Positions 58,318 to 64,000 of a stretch of 64,000 nt of DNA are shown here, in pieces (position 1 is the first letter of the stretch; each line of letters opens with the position of its first letter). The stretch is from Blastocladiella emersonii ATCC 22665 (taxonomy: Eukaryota; Fungi; Blastocladiomycota). The notes under the pieces were generated by a model. The model worked only from the letters and a program-made list of their open reading frames with translations, had not been told where the DNA came from and ran no database searches. The DNA lies in the NCBI GenBank assembly GCA_025594325.1, contig JANHCV010000015.1, positions 186,001-250,000 of the forward strand, read 5' to 3'. A program made the position numbers and the translations under genes.

Positions 58318-58580
58318 GAGATCCGCGTGAATAGCTATTCCATGGTGTACGATCAGCGGCGTGCGCGGCTGAGAAAGGTCTCTCGCATGACAACCTCGCA
58401 GGATCGATCGTTAAGCTCGCACCGCGGACGACCGACGCGTCGCGTTTCAGGTCCGCGTTGGTCCAGGTCGATCGTTCCCCCGTGAATGCGATTTTTGACG
58501 CCCGGTGTCTGGGGCGAACACGCGTGGGAGCGCGTGCGCGTCGGCCCGTCGGCCCGTCGGCTTCGCTTACGTGCGCCGCC

Positions 58581-58587
58581 TATAAAA
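58581..58587 (+). promoter_or_regulatory. Candidate TATA box of the aldo-keto reductase gene
   Basis: tataaaa 81 nt upstream of ATG 58662, followed by a C/T-rich leader. Confidence 0.5.
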
Positions 58588-58661
58588 CCCGCGCTCCTCC
58601 CACCACCCCTCTCTCTCAGACTCGCTCTAACCCCACGCAACGTATCAACCATACACCAACC

Positions 58662-59756
58662 ATGTCATCGACCACCGCTGCCGCCAGCACCGACCGCCCC
58701 GACGCACACAAGATGCAGTACATGCGCCTCGGCAACACGGGCCTGCAGGTCTCGCGCATCTGCGTCGGCATGATGTCGTACGGGTCGCCCGAGTGGCAGG
58801 CCTGGGTCCTCGACGCCGACAAGTCGCTGCCGCTCATGAAGGCCGCGTGGGACGCCGGCATCAACTTCTTCGATTCCGCCGACGTCTACTCGAACGGCGC
58901 GAGCGAGACGGTCCTGCGCGACTTCATGCGCGAGTACGGCATCAAGCGCAACGAGATCGTCATTGCAACCAAGTGCTACTTCCAGGTCGCCGACTCGCCC
59001 GGCGCCAACACGTTTGCCGGCGCGGCGCCCAAGTACACGCAGGTCAACCAGCGCGGGCTGTCGCGCAAGCACATCTTCGACGCGGTCGACGCGTCGCTTG
59101 CGCGCCTCGGCACCGACTACATTGACCTGTACCAGATCCACCGCTGGGACTACGACACGCCCATTGAGGAGACCATGGAGGCGCTGCACGACCTCGTCAA
59201 GGCCGGCAAGGTCCGCTACATTGGCGCCTCGTCCATGCACGCGTGGCAGTTCGCCAAGGCGCAGGCGGTGGCCGAGCGCAACGGGTGGACCAAGTTCGTC
59301 AGCATGCAGAACCTCGTCAACCTGCTGTACCGCGAGGAGGAGCGCGAGATGCTGCCGCTGTGCCGCGACCAGGGCGTCGGCGTCATCCCGTGGTCGCCGC
59401 TCGCCCGCGGCATCCTGTCGGGCAAGGGCAAGCAGTCCGACTCGGTGCGCGCCCAGACGGACCGCATGCGCCAGGTCATGATGGGCAACGCCTCGGCCGA
59501 GGATGTGGCCGCCGCGACCGACGACCGCGTCCTCGCTGCCCTGCGCAAGGTCGCCGAGGCCCGCGGCGTGCCCATGTCCCAGGTCGCGCTCGCCTGGGTT
59601 CTCGCCAAGCCCGGCGTCACGGCCCCGATCGTCGGCATGAACAAGATCGAGTACCTCCACGACGCGGTCGCCGCCCTCTTGCTCAAGCTCACCGACGACG
59701 AGGTCAAGGCACTCGAGGCGCCCTACTACCCCAAGGTCATCTTCGGTCATTTCTGA
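58662..59756 (+). CDS. Aldo-keto reductase (aryl-alcohol dehydrogenase/Tas-like subfamily), intronless
   Basis: YMRLGNTGLQVSRICVG.MSYG, GINFFDSADVYSNG.SE, IATK, GLSRKHI, LGTDYIDLYQIHRWD, GKVRYIGASSM, SMQN, IPWSPLARG. Confidence 0.93.
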   Translation: MSSTTAAASTDRPDAHKMQYMRLGNTGLQVSRICVGMMSYGSPEWQAWVLDADKSLPLMKAAWDAGINFFDSADVYSNGASETVLRDFMREYGIKRNEIVIATKCYFQVADSPGANTFAGAAPKYTQVNQRGLSRKHIFDAVDASLARLGTDYIDLYQIHRWDYDTPIEETMEALHDLVKAGKVRYIGASSMHAWQFAKAQAVAERNGWTKFVSMQNLVNLLYREEEREMLPLCRDQGVGVIPWSPLARGILSGKGKQSDSVRAQTDRMRQVMMGNASAEDVAAATDDRVLAALRKVAEARGVPMSQVALAWVLAKPGVTAPIVGMNKIEYLHDAVAALLLKLTDDEVKALEAPYYPKVIFGHF

Positions 59757-59969
59757 GTGACGTTTTGATACCCAATGAGCACGATGTAGCTGTGCACACG
59801 CATCTTTCCAATTCACTCGGTTGTTGCATGGAAAGTTTGACAACCCAACCCGTTCAAGCTCATCTATTCATCGTAGTTCGGGAGGAAAATGAGGGGGCTT
59901 CTTGCACGAGAAGCGAGGGGGAATCAGCAGCGCGGACCGTCCGACGTGAGGCTCGCTGAGCCGAGACGC

Positions 59970-61458
59970 TTACAGCTCGCTGCGGCGCTGCATCGGAGCC
60001 GTCGAAGCGGCCGCCGTCTGGCACACGACAGCGCTGAGCTTGGCCGTGCACCCGCCAGCGGGAACGTTGACGCTGCCAGCCTTGGAGGCCGAATCGGCGG
60101 CCGTGATGGCGACGCACGAACCCGCGTACGAGTCGCCGTCGTACGAGTGGATCCACGCCTTGCCGCCGCTGCCGAGCGCCTGGTACACGATGCCAATGGC
60201 CTTGGTGAAGGTCGCGTCCGAGCCCGAGCCCGACTTGAGGTCAGCGAGCGAGTAGCCGCGGCGCGTGCACACGGCGGCGGCCGAGGCGGCGTCGACGCTG
60301 TCGGCCACGACCACGACGCGGATTGGGGAGTCGGCGCCCACGACCAGGCCGTACTCGGTCTCGCCAGCCTTGCGCAGCTTGCAGATGGGTGGCAACGGGG
60401 TCGACGCGTCGGCAACATTGACGTTGGCCGCCTAAACGTTAAGCAAGGTGAGAGAGTGAGCGGAGGTTGGGAATGCGTCGAGGCGCGCGTACCTTGCCAG
60501 CCTTGCGCGGCAGGGTGAGAAGAAGCCCGGGCTGGCCGTGCGAGTTGCCGTCCCAGCTCGCGACGAGCGCCTGCTTGCCGAGACCAATGCAATCGATGCC
60601 AGCTACTCGCCTTTCTGGTCAGTGATCGTGCCAGGCCAGCGGCGAGGCAAATTCGCGTACCCTTGACCACATCGGCCGCGTTCTTGGACGTGACGGGGGC
60701 GAGGTCGGCGCCGATCTGGTCGCACGCGAGCTGCGCAACAAGCAGCGTGGTCGTAGTGAGTCCACCGGTCTTGTCGCGCGGGACGGCGTAGTCGGGCGCG
60801 CTGGTTGAGGTGCACGCCGACGGAGGCGGGACGATGCGGTAGCGGAACACGCCGGAGATGCAGTTGTTGTCGGGCAGCGGGTAGAGACCGATCTGCTGGG
60901 TGCCGGGCGGAACCGTCACGGAGACCTTAGGCCCCTTTGGGTCGAGCAGACACGCATCGGCAGCATCCGATGGGAGGGGCACCTTCGGATCCGTCCAGCT
61001 GCCAGGAGGGCAAAGTTCGGCGATCACGCTCTCCGTGTCAGTCCGGGCAACCCACTTGCCGGCAACCCACACGAGCGCGTGCGACGGGTCGCGGGTCTGC
61101 GATCCGTCGGAGCGGTATCCAACGGTGACAAACGCGTCAAGGGTCATACCGCGCTCCACCGCAGCAGGCGCGTCGGGTCGGATCGACCAGTATGCGCCCC
61201 CGTGGCAGCTGACAAACGGGTGCCAGATGTTCTCTACGACATGATCCGGCAGCGTGGGATCCGTCGTGAAGCCGGCCCCGATGAAGCGCTCGGGCGCAGG
61301 GATCAGGTCTGACTGCACGGCCGCTACACGCCGTCACGGAGGCGTGAGCGACAGCAGCAAAGTCAGCGTGCGCCGCACATACCGCGACGAGCGGCGTCGG
61401 CGCGTGCACCGGCGGCCCACAGCAGCGACAAGAAGGCAAGTGCGATGAGGATCTGCAT
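59970..61458 (-). CDS. Secreted C-type-lectin-like protein, copy B (436 aa), inverted paralog of 52061-53565. Exons 61458-61383, 61323-60661, 60602-60493, 60431-59970
   Basis: Signal peptide MQILIALAFLSLLWAAGARA plus RR. Same three intron positions and phases as copy A; exons 3 and 4 have identical lengths (110 and 462 nt); near-identical C-terminus ending QTAAASTAPMQRRSEL. Confidence 0.78.
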
Positions 61459-62106
61459 AGCGAATGTGGAGATGGGCTGTCTTCAATCGTAAATGAGGGG
61501 AAGACGAGGCGGGACGGACACGATGACCACCAACCAGTCCCCAAACCTGTCTGTTTGCGCTGCTGGACGGATGCGCCCGGATGGTGAGAATCGAATAACT
61601 GCAGCTCTTAGTGATGGGAGATGCACCCGTAGTCGAAAAAGGCCCAGGCGGGAGACACAACTGTGTTGCACAAAAGCATGAGACATGCGTCGCACCGCGG
61701 ACCCACGCAGTGTGGCACGCTGCGAACATCTGTGGTCAGCGCAACGGACGTCTCGCACCTTTCTGCCAATCGGAGCAAGAGTACAGTTAAATCGAAGCAA
61801 ACAGCTTGGCCGCGTGTTGGGCGTCTCAAGCCAGCCCCTAGAATCGCGCCGATAATTGCTCCTGGGGACAATGTAGCGCCTCTCGCCTCGTGCCAGCATG
61901 AAAAAACTGCGTAGCGCAACACTAACTGAGCCTTCGAGACTGTGTTGCTCTTCGAACGACGAGTAACACGAGGGAGCACAGGGAGCTCGAACCAACGATT
62001 CTTGGACATGAAGCTAGGATTAAACCACTTTGATTCATCGATCAACCCGATAATGAAACTGCAAGGGAAATCAGAGCCCGCAGCGCCACCTTGGGGTGTG
62101 CAACCA

Positions 62107-62148
62107 CGCGTTGTGCCACTCACGCGATCGGCTGTCAGCGAAATTAGT
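62107..62148 (+). repeat. 42-bp dispersed non-coding direct repeat, copy 1 (copy 2 at 63906-63947)
   Basis: cgcgttgtgccactcacgcgatcggctgtcagcgaaattagt vs cgcgttgcgccactcacgccaccgtctgtcaaacaaatcagt, 34/42 identical by manual ungapped alignment. Confidence 0.7.
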
Positions 62149-62246
62149 CACCTTTCCTCACTCTGCCGCGTCGGCTCGCTCGCGAACCTTCGTCTCGCCC
62201 GTGCATCAGGGCCCACCATGCACTTGGAGCAAACGCCAAAGACCAC

Positions 62247-63111
62247 ATGCAAGAAGCTCATGAAACTGATGGCAGTGCGCTCGAGGCCGACTTTCTCAGC
62301 TTCCCCGAGATCACTGCGGCGTCGTGGTCAAGACCAACGTTCCGCGACGGCTTCTTGTCCATACGTATAACCGGTATCGGCGAAATACTCAACGAGTATA
62401 TCGCCCTGGCCTACAGGAACGGCGAGACGGTCACTTTGTCTCACAAGCTTATCGCTGATATCAATGAATGGGTGACCGACACCAAGTACATGCCCGAGTG
62501 CTTCCCCGACTGGACCACGATCCCACCCGGAGCAGCACGCGAAGTCTTTCTCAACTACTACTCACGCAATGGCCCTGCCGGGTGTCAACCCGTGATGCCC
62601 GGGTTAGCACAGCTTGTCCATCGGCTTCGGCGGAATCTCCCACGAGTCGTCTCCTCCGCACTTGATCGGCACGTTACGGCCCAGAAGCGTCGCCTGATCG
62701 TGTCGTGTACCGCCACTACCTCGCCGAGCTCGAGCGCCTGCACGGCGACGCGCTCCGCCGCCGCCGGATCCTCGAGTCTGCCGCTGGGGAGAGCGCTCGT
62801 CAAGTGCTGACGGCGCTTGTTGGCCCTCATCACAACTCGCGTTGCCTTCAAACGTGCGCGCGTGGCTCGAATACGAGGAGCTCGTGGACGAGCCCGCCAT
62901 CCTGCAATCGAGAGCTTCCAAGGGCATTGACCAGTGCGAAAAGGATGCTACCGACCGTGCTAGTGGAAAGCACGATCCCGGATTGCGTTGCTCGATGCGC
63001 TGCGGCAGGCGGCCGCGGAACTCGTCCGTGAGGACTGGGCCGAGTCAGGCCTCGCTGTGCCTGCTTGGATCGTTCGCTTCAGAGTTCCAGATCGCGTCCA
63101 AGAGCCAGTAG
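62247..63111 (+). pseudogene. Possible degraded gene: protein-like segments in three overlapping frames
   Basis: Natural-looking helical peptides pass from frame to frame (…RRNLPRVVSSALDRHV / VYRHYLAELERLHGDALRRRRILE / VRAWLEYEELVDEPAIL) near 62703 and 62845, with no clear introns. Family not recognised. Confidence 0.35.
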
Positions 63112-63296
63112 TTCACGTCAGAGTCAGAAAGAATGTAATGCTCATTTAACATATTTTCTTGGCATCGGATCCCGCGTCGCGTGCTGAGATCGAGCTCACC
63201 TCGCTGGAAGGAGTGACGTGTCGGCCCAAGCTGGCCCGCGGGGTGAAAATCGCTGGCGCGCGCCGCGAACGGTTCGCGCTCTCACAGTGCCGCCAC

Positions 63297-63776
63297 ATGA
63301 AGCGAATGAATATCATGAATTCACCGCCGCCACCGCTCGACTTTTCTTCGCTTCCCGAGAATGCAATAGGTCTGGTCGTCTTACTTGCCACGCCCGCGGC
63401 ACGGGTTGTCAGTGCGTCCCGAGTTCTCACGGACGTTGCGACCAGTTTCCCTCTTCTCCCGCTCCCGCTCGTCTGGATCGACCGCATCGGCGACAGACTT
63501 TCGGCCTACCTTGCCTTGGCCGCGCCTTCCGACCGACTTGTCACCGATTTGGTACCCGAGTGGAAGTCCGCCATCGCTGGTTGTGCGGAAACTAGCCACT
63601 CTGAAGCCGTACGCAAGGCGGGACTTTTGGTCAGAATCCTACGCGCAGCAGCCGTTCATGCACCAGATAATCTTGCCGCGCTATTGCTCATTGTTTACGA
63701 AGGCGACGTGGCGCAGCTTCTCTCGATTTGGCGCCGCTTTTTCCCTGCAGGCTTCTTTGACACGCTCCTCAACTAA
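63297..63776 (+). CDS. Hypothetical protein with a possible F-box-like N-terminus
   Basis: PLDFSSLPENAIGLVVLL resembles the F-box start (L.SLP.E...I). The remainder is helical and unrecognised. Confidence 0.4.
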   Translation: MKRMNIMNSPPPPLDFSSLPENAIGLVVLLATPAARVVSASRVLTDVATSFPLLPLPLVWIDRIGDRLSAYLALAAPSDRLVTDLVPEWKSAIAGCAETSHSEAVRKAGLLVRILRAAAVHAPDNLAALLLIVYEGDVAQLLSIWRRFFPAGFFDTLLN

Positions 63777-63905
63777 CGAGCCGGTGCGGCTCTCAAGGCT
63801 TCCACGGAGGTCAATATAAACCAATGTTTGTGCCTTGGAGATAAGATTGTGAATGGTTGGCTAGTATGTTTGCCCTCGAGAACGCGAACATGGAGAGCGG
63901 GGTGG

Positions 63906-63947
63906 CGCGTTGCGCCACTCACGCCACCGTCTGTCAAACAAATCAGT
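63906..63947 (+). repeat. 42-bp dispersed non-coding direct repeat, copy 2
   Basis: See 62107-62148. Confidence 0.7.
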
Positions 63948-64000
63948 GGCGCTGGCGGTCTCGCTGGAGTGAAAATTGCGGCCGCAGGCCCGAACCGGTC

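Noticed and set aside
1-64000. CRISPR arrays, rRNA/tRNA genes, riboswitches, prokaryotic operons
   Set aside because: No regularly spaced repeat-spacer array or recognisable structural RNA was seen, and the genes are intron-containing and eukaryotic. A tRNAscan/Infernal run would be needed to exclude small RNAs formally.

Overview
This is a GC-rich, gene-dense eukaryotic window. Spliceosomal introns are short (about 55-160 nt, GTACGC/GTGCGC...YAG, CTGAC/CTAAC branch sites). A complete axonemal outer-arm dynein heavy chain plus fungal-type genes point to a zoosporic fungus; Blastocladiomycota (Allomyces-like) is my inference, not a database result. I rebuilt about 23 intact gene models and 2 probable pseudogenes by hand, checking splice phases. 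Housekeeping genes: NIF/SCP phosphatase, DNAH5/8-type dynein, CUL4, UBL-BAG, kynurenine aminotransferase, MEMO1, PLPBP, UBC6, NDP-glucose 4,6-dehydratase, ALG2 and an aldo-keto reductase. Two visibly lower-GC accessory tracts (about 32.0-41.4 kb and 61.5-64 kb) hold lineage-specific coiled-coil/chromodomain, ankyrin-like+LRR and degraded genes. The strongest candidate for an undescribed system is at 52-61.5 kb: a 9-exon class C-type GPCR with two bacterial-type periplasmic sugar-binding domains, an EGF-like module, a 7TM and a PH-like tail, bracketed by an inverted pair of secreted C-type-lectin-like genes. Other highlights are an actinobacterial-style PQQ sugar dehydrogenase with tandem CBM-like repeats, a stand-alone UBR-box protein, and a hidden 4-exon gene. 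I found no rRNA, tRNA, CRISPR array or recognisable transposase/RT. All family calls come from motif recognition; no searches were run.
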